From contig NZ_LT606950.1 of assembly GCF_900095195.1 (NCBI RefSeq), forward strand, positions 1,221,946 to 1,253,945: 32,000 nt of DNA, read 5' to 3'. Shown here piece after piece: positions 9,213 through 19,677 of the stretch. Position numbers and translations under genes: made by a program. Position 1 is the stretch's first letter. Every line of letters begins with the position of its first letter. Under the pieces are notes generated by a model. It made no database searches, was not told the origin of the DNA, and saw only the letters and a program-made list of their open reading frames with translations. This DNA comes from Polynucleobacter necessarius (GTDB lineage Bacteria; Pseudomonadota; Gammaproteobacteria; Burkholderiales; Burkholderiaceae).

Positions 9213-9249
9213 GGTGGAAGGGATTTTATGCCTATGGTTTAATCGTTAT

Positions 9250-10155
9250 ATGTTAAGCTTATCCCCAAATTCTTCCAAGAAGCCCTTTAAGCGGGTTGCG
9301 CTTGTCGGTAAATTTCATGCCGATGGGATCGAAGAGCATTTAAAAGACCTAGCCAAGCTAGTGGCTGGCCTAGGATGTGAGATCTTCATTGAATCTGAAA
9401 CAGCTACCCACCTGGGATTAAGTGGCTACCCAATAAAAACCCCTCAAGATTTTGCTGGGGCAATTGATTTAGTCGTCGTGTTGGGCGGAGACGGCACTAT
9501 GCTCGGGATCGCGCGCCAATTAGCAGGCAGCAATGTTCCCCTAGTCGGAATCAATATGGGTCGTCTCGGGTACATGACCGATATTCCCTTTCAGTCGGTA
9601 AAAGATACATTACCCAAAATTATTGCTGGCGAATATGAAGCAGACACCAGGACGTTGCTTGAAGGTGTTGTGCTACGCGACAAGCAAGAAATTAATCGTG
9701 CACTAGCCCTAAATGATGTGGTGGTTAATCGCTCTGGCATTTCTGGAATGGTGGAATTAGCTGTTCATGTGAATGGCTCCTTTATGTATATCCAACGATC
9801 AGATGGCCTGATCATCTCAACGCCAACCGGCTCTACCGCTTATGCATTGTCTGCCGGCGGACCAATTCTGCATCCGCATGTAGCGGGAATCTTGCTTGCG
9901 CCAATTGCCCCGCACTCTTTATCCAATCGTCCGATTGTCCTGCCTCAAGACAGCCTTACCGAGATTGAAATGGTCAATGGGCTTGATGTGATTGTTAATT
10001 TTGATATGCAATCCCAAACCAATTTGCAAAGCGGTGACCGAATTCAAGTGCGCCAATCTGATAAAACGATTGCTCTCTTGCATCCAAGCAACCACAGTGA
10101 CTACAAAACTTTGCGTGAGAAATTACACTGGAACGAATACCCATCGACATTTTGA
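9250..10155 (+). CDS. nadK: NAD(+) kinase
   Basis: The ORF was trimmed to the ATG at 9250 (MLSLSPNSSKKPFKRVALVGKF...) because the upstream extension overlaps hrcA. It carries the GGDGTML motif (VVVLGGDGTMLG) and the conserved ISTPTGSTAY motif. Confidence 0.9.
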   Translation: MLSLSPNSSKKPFKRVALVGKFHADGIEEHLKDLAKLVAGLGCEIFIESETATHLGLSGYPIKTPQDFAGAIDLVVVLGGDGTMLGIARQLAGSNVPLVGINMGRLGYMTDIPFQSVKDTLPKIIAGEYEADTRTLLEGVVLRDKQEINRALALNDVVVNRSGISGMVELAVHVNGSFMYIQRSDGLIISTPTGSTAYALSAGGPILHPHVAGILLAPIAPHSLSNRPIVLPQDSLTEIEMVNGLDVIVNFDMQSQTNLQSGDRIQVRQSDKTIALLHPSNHSDYKTLREKLHWNEYPSTF

Positions 10156-10181
10156 TGTCGAGTTTCTTGCTACGCTAATAC

Positions 10182-11849
10182 ATGCTTCAAACCCTTTCCC
10201 TTCGTGACTTTGTCATTGTCGATCAACTTGAGCTCGACTTTGCTGGTGGCTTTACGGTACTGACTGGGGAGACTGGAGCTGGTAAATCGATCCTGCTGGA
10301 TGCTTTAAGTCTCGTTCTTGGGAAGCGCGCAGACAGCAGTCAAATTCGCGAGGGCAGTAATCGCGCTGAAATTTCTGCTCTTTTTCAGATTGAATCCAAT
10401 TTAATCCCTTTATTTAATCAATGGCTCGAAGAACAAGGCTTTCAAGCGGAAGAGGATGGCCAAAGTCTCTTACTCAAAAGAACTATTGACAGTAACGGAC
10501 GCAGTAGGGCATTTATCAATGGGGGCCTTGCCACACTAACTCAACTTCGTGAAGCGGGCGATCAGTTAGTAGATATCCATGGTCAGCATGCCCACCAGCT
10601 TTTGTTGAAAAGCGGCGCACAACGAGAACTCTTAGGTCGTCATGCAAGCTTACTACCGTTGGCAGGTGAAGTAGCCCAAGCTTTTAAGGCATTTAGTGAT
10701 TCGCGACGTCGCTTAGAACAAGCAGAAAATGCTGGTCAGGATATCGAGTGCGAGCGCGAACGTTTAGAGTGGCAAGTTGAGGAGCTTACTGAGCTTGCTC
10801 CGCAAGAGGATGAATGGGCAACCATACAAAATGAACATGCCAGATTAGCAAATGGCGCCAAACTGATTGGCGGGTGTCAGGAAGCCATTGACGTTTTGAG
10901 TGATGCTGACAACTCGCTGGAGTCCTCGCTGACTAAAGTCAGCAACAATATCAGCGCCCTTACCCAACATGATCCTGCACTTAGCAGCATTAGTGAGGCG
11001 CTCGAAAGCGCACAGATTCAACTAGATGAGGCAGTTCATGGTCTTAACCGCTATTTACAGAAGCTGGATTTAGACCCCGCTCGACTGGAGCAGGTAGAAG
11101 AGCGTATGCAGGCCTTGCATGGTGCCGCTAGAAAATATCGTACTGAAGCAGATGCTCTTCCGAAGTTGCTAATCGAAACCAATGAGCGACTTGAGGCACT
11201 AACGGCATCCCAAAATATTGATGCGCTTCGCAAACAGGTAGAGCAAGAGCAGGCGGCTTATCTTCAGCTTGCAAAGCAACTTTCCCAAAAGCGCAGCCAA
11301 GCCGCAACTGTCCTTGGACATCAAGTCACGCAGGCCATGCAAAACTTATCCATGGCAGGTGGCCGTCTTGAGATTGCACTCGCACCCTTACAAGAGGGCG
11401 GCTCTCACGGCTTAGAGCAAATTGAATTTTTAGTAGCAGGTCATGCAAGCAGCGCGCCGCGCTCACTAGCAAAAGTGGCATCTGGGGGTGAGCTTGCGCG
11501 CATTGGCTTAGCGATCAGCGTCATTACAAGCAAAGCATCCTTTACGCCAACCCTAATATTTGATGAAGTGGATGCAGGAATTGGTGGTGCTGTTGCTGAG
11601 ACTGTGGGCAAACTACTGCATCAACTAGGCCAATCCCACCAAATCCTTTGTGTCACCCATCTTCCGCAAGTGGCAGCCCAAGGAAATCATCACCTCAAAG
11701 TGAGCAAGTCCCAGAACGCCGATAAGACAGTCTCCCAGGTTCAGCCCCTGGGAAGGTCAGAAAGGGTTGAAGAAATCGCCCGGATGTTGGGTGGAGCGAC
11801 CATTACCGACACGACCCGCCGTCATGCTCGCGAGCTTCTAGAGCAGTAA
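10182..11849 (+). CDS. recN: DNA repair protein RecN
   Basis: 555 aa with an N-terminus of MLQTLSLRDFVIVDQLELDF, Walker A GETGAGKSIL, a long coiled-coil middle, the SMC signature SGGELARIGLAI and Walker B LIFDEVDAGIGG. Confidence 0.95.
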   Translation: MLQTLSLRDFVIVDQLELDFAGGFTVLTGETGAGKSILLDALSLVLGKRADSSQIREGSNRAEISALFQIESNLIPLFNQWLEEQGFQAEEDGQSLLLKRTIDSNGRSRAFINGGLATLTQLREAGDQLVDIHGQHAHQLLLKSGAQRELLGRHASLLPLAGEVAQAFKAFSDSRRRLEQAENAGQDIECERERLEWQVEELTELAPQEDEWATIQNEHARLANGAKLIGGCQEAIDVLSDADNSLESSLTKVSNNISALTQHDPALSSISEALESAQIQLDEAVHGLNRYLQKLDLDPARLEQVEERMQALHGAARKYRTEADALPKLLIETNERLEALTASQNIDALRKQVEQEQAAYLQLAKQLSQKRSQAATVLGHQVTQAMQNLSMAGGRLEIALAPLQEGGSHGLEQIEFLVAGHASSAPRSLAKVASGGELARIGLAISVITSKASFTPTLIFDEVDAGIGGAVAETVGKLLHQLGQSHQILCVTHLPQVAAQGNHHLKVSKSQNADKTVSQVQPLGRSERVEEIARMLGGATITDTTRRHARELLEQ

Positions 11850-11857
11850 TAAAGAAC

Positions 11858-14668
11858 TTAAACGCTGGAAGGCGCTTTAAAGATTTCTTGCCAAAAATGG
11901 AGAACACACTTTCTTGCGGCAATAAGCTCCGGCTCAACCGTCATACCAATACGCGTTTTTTCTGCCCCATCTAGACGTAAGCGGTGCTGACGCGCTCGGA
12001 GTAAACGATAGGCATCCCCCACTTCTATGGCAGCACTTTGTTGAATCAAACCAACCTCCCCTGCAATGCGCAAAAGAGCTATGTTTCCGAGGTTGCCAAT
12101 CAATTGCGGACATCGATGCGAATATGCCAGGACCAAAAATTGAACAATGAACTCAATGTCCACCATGCCACCCGCGTCGTGTTTTAAATCAAAATCCCCG
12201 CTGGTATTCGGATGACCTTCATGCACCTTGCGGCGCATATTAAGAATCTCTGCGCGCAAATGCTCGATATCGCGTTTTTGGCTAAGAACCTCTGATCGGA
12301 CCGCATCAAATTCACTGCCCACAGATAAACTACCCGCAGAAAATCGTGCGCGCGTTAAAGCCTGGTGCTCCCATACCCAAGCGGCATTGTCACCCTTGCG
12401 CATTTGATATTTTTTAAATGCATCAGTATTGGTAACCAAGAAGCCTGCAGAGCCATTCGGGCGTAAGCGCGTATCGATTTCAAACAAGCTGCCCGTTGAT
12501 GTAAACGCTGTCAGCCAATTAATCATTCTTTTAGCCAACAAGCCATAAATTTCCTGAGCATCGAAATCATTTTCTCTGGCTTGATATAAAAATACCAAAT
12601 CCAAATCTGAGGCATAGCCAAGCTCTTTACCGCCTAACTTGCCGTAAGCAATGACTGCAAATTTAGGGGCAATTTTGGGTGGTAGGTCAAATTTTTTTAC
12701 AACCGCTGGCCAGACACGCTCAATGGTTGTTTCCAAAATAAAATCCGCTAGTGCGGATAAATGATCGCTCACCTTTTCGACCGATAAAGCCTGATCTACT
12801 CCAATCCCTAGATCGGTCAGCAAAGTAATAAATGTTTCCGTGTGATGCGTAACACGCAAAATGTCCATAGCTTGCTCAGAACCACCCCCATCAGCCATGA
12901 CATCATCTAACCGCAGATTTACATTTGCTTTTACTTCCCGCCAATACTCTTCAGGCCTTTCAATTAGCACCTTTTCTGTATGCGAATTAAGTAAATAATC
13001 GAGCAAATGAGGATGCGCCGTCAGATATTGTGCGCCCCATTGAGACGCTTTTAACAGGGCTAAAACATTAATCAGAGCTTGAGGATATTCCGCCAATATC
13101 GAAAGATACGCACTACGTCTCGCGATAGCCTCGAGCAAATTAAAAAAACGTAATAACGTCTGATCTGAACCTGGGTTATCCCCCCGTTTTGCTGCTAATC
13201 TTTCTGCTGCACTTCGCATCAGGCTATTGAATATGGAGCGACTCTTTTCTGGAAGAAGTCTTTCTTTGGGGCTAGCAAGCCAAGCTTGCCAACGCAGCAA
13301 AGATTGCGGGAATACCGCACCATCTGGCTCCCAACTCTGATCTGGTGGACTAAGATCAAGCCTAGTTTCATCATTTAGTAAAAATGCTTTTTCAAACAAG
13401 CGTGCAACACTATTTTGATGATGTTCGAGCTCAGCTAGAAAGCTATTTTCGTCAGAAAAGCCCATCGTCGTCGCTAGACGCGAACGTGCAAGGTCGTCGT
13501 CGAACAAGTAATGCGTTTGCTGATCATCCCAGACTTGGATACGATGTTCTAGACGCCGCAAAAATACATACGCCGCCTCCAACGCAACCACATCTTCTTT
13601 GGGCAATATGCCGCGTTGCTGAACAAGGGTAAGAACTTCGAGAGTTGGACGAACCCGAAAGCGAGGATCCGTTCCGCCGCGCATTAATTGAAACATTTGC
13701 GCCAAGAACTCAATCTCACGAATGCCGCCGCGCCCCAATTTGATATCCCGCGAACGACCTTGATACGCAGCAGAACGCTTTTCTGCCTCTCGCTGAATTT
13801 GTGCGTGTAAATCACGAATTGAGGCAATAACACCATAGTCCAAATGTCTACGATAAACAAAGGGACGAATGAGCTGATCGAGCGCTTTCTCACAATGTTC
13901 ATAATCTGCAGACCCTGGTGACGAGGCAATCAATCTTCCCTTAATCCACGCATAACGCTCCCACTCTCTGCCTTGCACCAACAAATATTCTTCGAGCATG
14001 TCTAGGCTACAGACCAGGGGACCCGAGTCTCCATTTGGTCTTAAACGCATATCTACACGAAATACAAAACCGTTTTCATCATGCTCAGATAAAAGCTTAA
14101 TAAGGCGCTTACCCATGCGGGTAAACCACTCATGATTCGAAAGGCTCTTGGGACCGCCTTGCGTATCCCCCTCGTGCTCATACAAAAAAATCAGATCGAT
14201 ATCAGACGATAAATTAAGCTCATAACCACCAAGCTTGCCCATACCCACAACCATCAGCGGCATTTCAGAATTCGTGGTCTGACTCCAAGGGAGCCCAAAG
14301 CGCTCCTGCAAATCCTTGCGAATAAATGCGATGCAATCATTGACGGCAAACTGAGCAAAGTGGCTAAGGCCTTGAGTGACCTCATTTAGGCTCGCCAGGC
14401 CATTGAGATCCCGGAAGGCCAACCACAGCATTAAACGCTGACGCGTAAGACGTAACCGCGCCATAAACTCCGCTTCATCGGCGCCACTTAGACCATCTAA
14501 CGCAACTGTTTTTAAAAGTCGCTCGATTCCATTTGCGTCAATTTTTTCGCATCCATACGTCCTCAACCACTCACGCCATTGCGGCTGAGCTTGAAGCCAA
14601 CGTCTGGCATATTCAGAGTGCTGCTCTAAAAAAGCAATTTGCCTTGACAAATCATCCATCCCCCCCAT
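11858..14668 (-). CDS. glnE: bifunctional glutamine synthetase adenylyltransferase / adenylyl-removing enzyme
   Basis: The ORF was trimmed from 15073 to the ATG at 14668 (MGGMDDLSRQIAFLEQHSEYARRWL), giving 936 aa. It has two nucleotidyltransferase modules (GMGKLGGYELNLSSDIDLIFLY and YGKLGGKELGYASDLDLVFLY). The untrimmed extension would overlap the divergent gene. Confidence 0.9.
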   Translation of the reverse strand: MGGMDDLSRQIAFLEQHSEYARRWLQAQPQWREWLRTYGCEKIDANGIERLLKTVALDGLSGADEAEFMARLRLTRQRLMLWLAFRDLNGLASLNEVTQGLSHFAQFAVNDCIAFIRKDLQERFGLPWSQTTNSEMPLMVVGMGKLGGYELNLSSDIDLIFLYEHEGDTQGGPKSLSNHEWFTRMGKRLIKLLSEHDENGFVFRVDMRLRPNGDSGPLVCSLDMLEEYLLVQGREWERYAWIKGRLIASSPGSADYEHCEKALDQLIRPFVYRRHLDYGVIASIRDLHAQIQREAEKRSAAYQGRSRDIKLGRGGIREIEFLAQMFQLMRGGTDPRFRVRPTLEVLTLVQQRGILPKEDVVALEAAYVFLRRLEHRIQVWDDQQTHYLFDDDLARSRLATTMGFSDENSFLAELEHHQNSVARLFEKAFLLNDETRLDLSPPDQSWEPDGAVFPQSLLRWQAWLASPKERLLPEKSRSIFNSLMRSAAERLAAKRGDNPGSDQTLLRFFNLLEAIARRSAYLSILAEYPQALINVLALLKASQWGAQYLTAHPHLLDYLLNSHTEKVLIERPEEYWREVKANVNLRLDDVMADGGGSEQAMDILRVTHHTETFITLLTDLGIGVDQALSVEKVSDHLSALADFILETTIERVWPAVVKKFDLPPKIAPKFAVIAYGKLGGKELGYASDLDLVFLYQARENDFDAQEIYGLLAKRMINWLTAFTSTGSLFEIDTRLRPNGSAGFLVTNTDAFKKYQMRKGDNAAWVWEHQALTRARFSAGSLSVGSEFDAVRSEVLSQKRDIEHLRAEILNMRRKVHEGHPNTSGDFDLKHDAGGMVDIEFIVQFLVLAYSHRCPQLIGNLGNIALLRIAGEVGLIQQSAAIEVGDAYRLLRARQHRLRLDGAEKTRIGMTVEPELIAARKCVLHFWQEIFKAPSSV

Positions 14669-14738
14669 CTTAATACCGACTAAATCCTTGGATCCAGATG
14701 CTTGGCGCCTGCATTGAGGCTGACGGATAATAGAGGCC

Positions 14739-17700
14739 ATGCTGCAAAAAATCATCCCGCCTCGCCTAAAAAGCGTTTTTTCCAAACGCCCTACAGGGTT
14801 TGGCACTGACTGGTACAAGCGTATTCTGATACTAGTTAGCATCACAGCTATTCTCTTGCTGCTCATTGGGCACCTCAGCGTCCGGTTTATTGTTTGGCCG
14901 CAAATTGAAAAATCAAAGGCTTCTGTTGAAAAACTCATTGGTGCTCGGGTTGGCGTCCACGTATCCATCGACGATCTCAAAGTTTCATGGACGGGCATCA
15001 GACCCTCCTTTGAAATGGATGGCCTACGATTCAACAGTCCAGACAAAAGCAAATCATTACTGTCAATCTCCAAAATTTATGGCGAGCTCAGTTGGAAATC
15101 CTCTTATTACCTTGCGCCTTATTTTCATGAGATTCATTTTGAAAATGCTGAAATCTATGCGCAACGAAATTCAAAGGGTGATATTGCCATCGCCGGCATT
15201 TCGACTGACAGCGATAGCAATAGTTACTCCGCTGAAAACTGGCTTTTCTCACAGGATGCTATTGATGTTAGCAATGTCAACATCATTTGGGATGACCAGT
15301 TCAATAAGAAAACGCCTCAAAATATTGGCGTACAACGTTTAACCTTAAAAGATGGTATTCGTAGACACCAAGGATCAATTACTGTAAGCACCCCCTGGAA
15401 TAAGGGGCTAGCGGAAGTCAATGTTAACTTTGTACATCACCTGGGAGGTCAAGCAGGCAATTGGCATGACTGGATTGGTAACCTCTCTTGGGAAATCAAT
15501 GATCTCGATTTAAATCAAATTGCTAAGGACTTCAAAGTTAATCTCAGTAGCCTAGAGGGCAAGTTAAGCTCCAACGGCACCATAAAAATTGATAATGCCA
15601 AACCGGATGGCGGTGAGTTTTTTATCGCAGTCGATGATCTCGTCGTGCAATTATCGAAAAACGAAGATGCGATTGCTCTTGGAAGACTAGAAGCCAATCT
15701 CTTACAAGAGACAAACGATGGCTTGATTGCGGTCTCTACGAAATCTTTTGCGTGGCGTGAGATGGGTAGCCCTAAATCAGCACCACTCGATAGGCTCAGT
15801 CCGGTGACCTTCCGTTGGCGCCCACCAGGTGAGGATGGTGAAATTAAAGAATTTGGCTTTTCCTCACCCAAAATTTCTGTTGAGGACGTAGCACTATTTG
15901 CTCTAAATTTGCCACTTTCCAAAAAGGTTCATCAGTGGATCAAGGCATCGGCAGCAGAAGGCGAACTCGAAGACCTGGACATCCACTGGTCCGAAAGCAA
16001 ATCGCCATTATCTGCGCTCAATATCCCCGGGGGTTGGTTTAAGTCTAACAAATTGGATTTCAGCGTTAGCGCAAAACTCAACAACCTTAGCTTCAAGGGT
16101 ATTAATAAATCAATGCCATCGGTTACCAATCTTTCTGGCTTTGTTACTTCTACCCAAAAAGAAGGAAGTTTCTCCTTAAATTCCAAAGATCTTGGGCTCG
16201 AGGTTTACGAGTTATTAGAGGATCCAAATATTCAGCTTGACCGTGCTAATGGTCAAATTACTTGGTCCAAACAACGTGGTCACTGGAACATTAATACTAA
16301 AAAGTTGGCGCTGAGCAATCCACAAATTTCAACCACACTGAGTCTGAATTACATTTCAGGAAACCCAAAAGAAGCAGACTTTATGGCCCTAGATATGGAA
16401 TTTGATAAGGCCAACCTAAAAACAGCGTATCGCTATTTACCAGTAGGAATGGGGAAAGATGTCCGGCTCTATTTAAGCAAGGCATTTGATACGGGAGTGA
16501 TTCGCGATGGGCGTCTTCACATTAAGGGTAACCCCAACCAGGTACCGTTTTCCAATAAACAACAGGGTGAATTCAGTTTGACACTTCCCATCATTGGAGC
16601 AACATTTAGTCCCGTTCCAAACTTGTCGGTCAATCAAGGAACATGGTCAACCTTCAGTAATGTCAATGGCAATATTGAGATGACTAATGCAAACTTTGCT
16701 GTAGATATCAGCAAGGCAAACTATAAACAAATTGCTCTGGCCGACTTTCATGCTGCAATTGAAGATGTCAGCGCAAGACAGCTAATGCTGTCAGTCACTG
16801 GTAAAGCAAACGGTGAGGTGGCGCAAATGCTGGACTATTTTTATGCCTCTCCTCCTGGTAAAAGACATAGCAAGATTGAACAAAGCTTAAGAGTCAGCGG
16901 TCCAGTCAATTTAAATCTTGGGTTAAAAATTCCATTATCTGGTTCGGCCGATACCAATGTGGATTTGAAACTAACCCTTCCCGGCAATCGTGCGGAATGG
17001 AGTGGCATCCCGCCTTTTGAGAACCTAAAAGGCAATATTCGCATTACCGAAACGAATCCTGAGTTTGATACTGTTTCTGCAAATTTTCTAGGGGGCACGA
17101 TCAAGATTTCCAGTGCTGATCAACAAAACAGAGAAATATTCAACGTTACAGGAGAGGTGCAGACTCACTTTGTAAAAGACTACTTCGCAAATTCTACTCG
17201 CCCTGATTTAACCCCAATCCTAAATGCGATGAGCGGCGCCATTCAATACGATGGCAAGATCAGCTTCAATAAGCTGGGCAGCGACTCTAGCATTCGCTTT
17301 GATTTACGAAACTGTGGGTTAAATGCTCCTGCTCCCGTAAAAAAAATGGTAGGCACACCGTTATCTGGCGAGCTGAATATCAAAACTTTTGCGAGCGATA
17401 AAAGCAATCCCAATCGCGCTAGCTGGTCTGGAAAATTTGGTGATCTGTACTCTTTGCAAGGAGCGCTCGGCCGAGATGATGAAATTCGGCAAAGTATTGG
17501 TATTGGGGCTCAACCAAGCCTGCCTTCACAAGGCTTTAATCTAAATTTAGCGACTAATGAATTCAATTTAGATGCATGGCAAGATTTTTTAGAAGTCAAA
17601 AAATCGGCTCAGCCTCAATCCTTTGAAACGAATTCAAACAATGCTCAAATAACAGTTCAAGCCAAAAAAATGATCTTCCTCGATCGCTCATGGCAAGATG

Positions 17701-18851
17701 TGAATGTTGTTGCAAATCGCAAAAAAAATGTATGGGATGTACGCCTAGGCGCACCATTAATATCTGATCAGCTTCAATATCAACCTGCTAGCAAAGTAAA
17801 CCCTAGCGGGCTTTTTAGCGGGCGACTTGCAAAACTTGTCTTGCCCGACCCCATTCCAAACCCTAGCACGCAAGCAAATACCCCAAAGAAATCACTTACC
17901 CCTGAATCTATACCGAGCCTCGATATCACGATTGATAATTTTGCTTGGTCAAAAGCACAATTAGGCCAAATCAAGATTAAAACGAGTACGCTGGATAACG
18001 TACTGAAAATTCAGTCTATTCAAACAAGCAATCCGCAGGGCACCAATACTATTAGTGGTCAGTGGCGAGGCAGCACAAAAAATACGCCTGATCATAGCTC
18101 TCTGAGTATCAGCATGGATATCAAAGACGCTGGGCAAATCATTGCGCACTGGACTCCACAAAAGTCCGTTGAGGGCGGCCAAGGAAAAGTAACTGCGGAC
18201 ATAGAATGGGATGGAGCGCCTTTTAAACCGCAATTTGAAACTCTTTCTGGAAAAGCAAGTCTTAATTTAGAAAAAGGCTGCTTACTGGAAGTGAACTCTA
18301 GTGGTGCAAAACTTTTGGATGTTCTTAGCCTCCAAAGGCTATTCCGCTTTGCGACACTCGATCTACAGGGTAGCCTCGGAAATATCGTGACCAAGGGCAC
18401 CCCGTTTAGCTCGATTAGTGGCAACTTTGACATTGCTAATGGAGTCGCGCAAACCCAACAATTCAACATGAATCTTGATCAAGCGCGCGTGGCCATGAGT
18501 GGTCAAATTAATTTTCCTAAGCAGACTCAAGATTTACGAATTACTATTTTCCCAACGATTGATGCCACAGCAGGTTCACTCGCAGCTTTTGCGATTAATC
18601 CCATCGTTGGTTTAGGCGCCCTGGTTGGTCAATACCTTCTGACTAGCCAAATCAATCGTAGCCTGCAATCGGATTACCTAGTCCAAGGATCTTGGGAGAA
18701 TCCAGAAGTTATCCCGCTGGATCAAAAAGGGCAACCTGTCGATTCATCAACGCTGGATTCCATTCGTAGAAAAGAGTTGCTTAAAGAGCAAACTAAGCCT
18801 AGCCTGGATAACCCAGCCAACTCTAGCCGACCTTCAAATCCCGGTAATTAG
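14739..18851 (+). CDS. large YhdP/AsmA-like envelope protein (TIGR02099/DUF3971-type)
   Basis: 1370-aa uninterrupted ORF with a single N-terminal transmembrane helix (ILILVSITAILLLLIGHLSV). The body looks long and beta-rich, and the C-terminal region has hydrophobic segments. It is divergent from glnE, the arrangement I recall for Burkholderiales. The family call rests on architecture and context. Confidence 0.7.
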   Translation: MLQKIIPPRLKSVFSKRPTGFGTDWYKRILILVSITAILLLLIGHLSVRFIVWPQIEKSKASVEKLIGARVGVHVSIDDLKVSWTGIRPSFEMDGLRFNSPDKSKSLLSISKIYGELSWKSSYYLAPYFHEIHFENAEIYAQRNSKGDIAIAGISTDSDSNSYSAENWLFSQDAIDVSNVNIIWDDQFNKKTPQNIGVQRLTLKDGIRRHQGSITVSTPWNKGLAEVNVNFVHHLGGQAGNWHDWIGNLSWEINDLDLNQIAKDFKVNLSSLEGKLSSNGTIKIDNAKPDGGEFFIAVDDLVVQLSKNEDAIALGRLEANLLQETNDGLIAVSTKSFAWREMGSPKSAPLDRLSPVTFRWRPPGEDGEIKEFGFSSPKISVEDVALFALNLPLSKKVHQWIKASAAEGELEDLDIHWSESKSPLSALNIPGGWFKSNKLDFSVSAKLNNLSFKGINKSMPSVTNLSGFVTSTQKEGSFSLNSKDLGLEVYELLEDPNIQLDRANGQITWSKQRGHWNINTKKLALSNPQISTTLSLNYISGNPKEADFMALDMEFDKANLKTAYRYLPVGMGKDVRLYLSKAFDTGVIRDGRLHIKGNPNQVPFSNKQQGEFSLTLPIIGATFSPVPNLSVNQGTWSTFSNVNGNIEMTNANFAVDISKANYKQIALADFHAAIEDVSARQLMLSVTGKANGEVAQMLDYFYASPPGKRHSKIEQSLRVSGPVNLNLGLKIPLSGSADTNVDLKLTLPGNRAEWSGIPPFENLKGNIRITETNPEFDTVSANFLGGTIKISSADQQNREIFNVTGEVQTHFVKDYFANSTRPDLTPILNAMSGAIQYDGKISFNKLGSDSSIRFDLRNCGLNAPAPVKKMVGTPLSGELNIKTFASDKSNPNRASWSGKFGDLYSLQGALGRDDEIRQSIGIGAQPSLPSQGFNLNLATNEFNLDAWQDFLEVKKSAQPQSFETNSNNAQITVQAKKMIFLDRSWQDVNVVANRKKNVWDVRLGAPLISDQLQYQPASKVNPSGLFSGRLAKLVLPDPIPNPSTQANTPKKSLTPESIPSLDITIDNFAWSKAQLGQIKIKTSTLDNVLKIQSIQTSNPQGTNTISGQWRGSTKNTPDHSSLSISMDIKDAGQIIAHWTPQKSVEGGQGKVTADIEWDGAPFKPQFETLSGKASLNLEKGCLLEVNSSGAKLLDVLSLQRLFRFATLDLQGSLGNIVTKGTPFSSISGNFDIANGVAQTQQFNMNLDQARVAMSGQINFPKQTQDLRITIFPTIDATAGSLAAFAINPIVGLGALVGQYLLTSQINRSLQSDYLVQGSWENPEVIPLDQKGQPVDSSTLDSIRRKELLKEQTKPSLDNPANSSRPSNPGN

Positions 18852-18857
18852 ATTCTT

Positions 18858-19672
18858 ATGAGCAATTCCGCAACGCTAAAGATCGCGTCGATACAAATGG
18901 TCTCCTCTTCAGACCTACAGGAAAACTTAACTACAGCAGGTAGGCTTATTGATGCGGCAGCTAAAGATGGCGCAAGAGTTATTGCCCTTCCTGAGTACTT
19001 TTGCATAATGGGACTGAAAGACACGGATAAGGTCGATATTCGAGAGCCATTTGGTATTGGCCCCATACAAGACCAATTAGCTAATTTTGCAAAAGATAAT
19101 TCCATTTACTTGATTGCAGGAACTATTCCGCTGGAAATGCAAGAGCCTGGAAAAGTACTTAATTCCATACTGGCTTTTAATCCTGATGGTCAGCAGATCG
19201 GATGCTATGACAAGATTCATTTGTTTGGCTTTCAAACCAAGACCGAACGCTATCAGGAATCGGAAACGATAGAAGCAGGAAATCATCCAAGCGTTCTCAA
19301 GATTTTCCATGACAACTGCGGATGGACTTTTGGTCTCAGCCTTTGCTATGACCTCCGGCTCCCTGAACTCTATCGTGCCATGGGTATCGTCGATTGCCAC
19401 ATTATTCCAGCAGCCTTTACCTACACTACCGGCAAGGCGCATTGGGAAATTCTATTGCGCGCCCGCGCCATTGAAAATCAATGCTATGTCCTGTCATCGG
19501 CCCAAGGGGGGTCCCAAAAATCAACGCCGTACTTGGGGGCAGAGCCTCCTAGTTGACCCCTGTAGCAGATTTACCTGAAGGAGAGGGTTTTATTTCAGGT
19601 GTTTTAAGCAAAGAAAAAATAAACGAGGTACGCTCTCAGTTACCAGCCCTTGCTCACCGAAAGCTCTACTGA
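18858..19672 (+). pseudogene. carbon-nitrogen hydrolase (nitrilase superfamily), two frameshifts near the 3' end
   Basis: The Glu-Lys-Cys catalytic context is present (ALPEYF, YDKIHLF, GLSLCYDLRLPELY). After ...SSAQGG the homologous sequence moves to the next frame (PKNQRRTWGQSLLVDP) at the G6 run 19506-19511, consistent with a 1-bp gain. It moves again at about 19561 to VADLPEGEGFISGVLSKEKINEVRSQLPALAHRKLY* (stop 19670-19672). Confidence 0.85.
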
Positions 19673-19677
19673 ATCAC

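Noticed and set aside
9175-9249. Upstream extension of the nadK ORF
   Set aside because: It overlaps the hrcA 5' region on the opposite strand and lacks NAD kinase similarity. The conserved sequence starts at MLSLSPNSSKKPFKRVALVGKF (ATG 9250).
10144-10181. Inverted repeat TCGACAT-tttg-ATGTCGA spanning the nadK stop codon, and a possible SOS (LexA) box upstream of recN
   Set aside because: The 7-bp stem is followed by only a weak T-rich stretch, so a terminator call is not supportable. I could not find a CTGT-N8-ACAG type LexA operator in the 26-bp nadK-recN spacer or just upstream, so no SOS box is claimed.
14669-15073. The 135-codon N-terminal extension of the glnE ORF (track ORF 11858-15073)
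   Set aside because: The extension has no GlnE-like sequence and runs antisense over the start of the divergent yhdP-like gene. Homology begins at MGGMDDLSRQIAFLEQH (ATG 14668), which gives a typical length of about 936 aa.
19506-19511. Programmed ribosomal frameshifting or transcriptional slippage rescuing the broken genes
   Set aside because: The runs involved are only 3-7 nt (CCC, AAA, GGG, G6, A7), much shorter than the long poly(A) tracts known to support rescue by polymerase slippage. There are no slippery heptamers with downstream structures. Most genes also carry several independent lesions that would all need rescuing.
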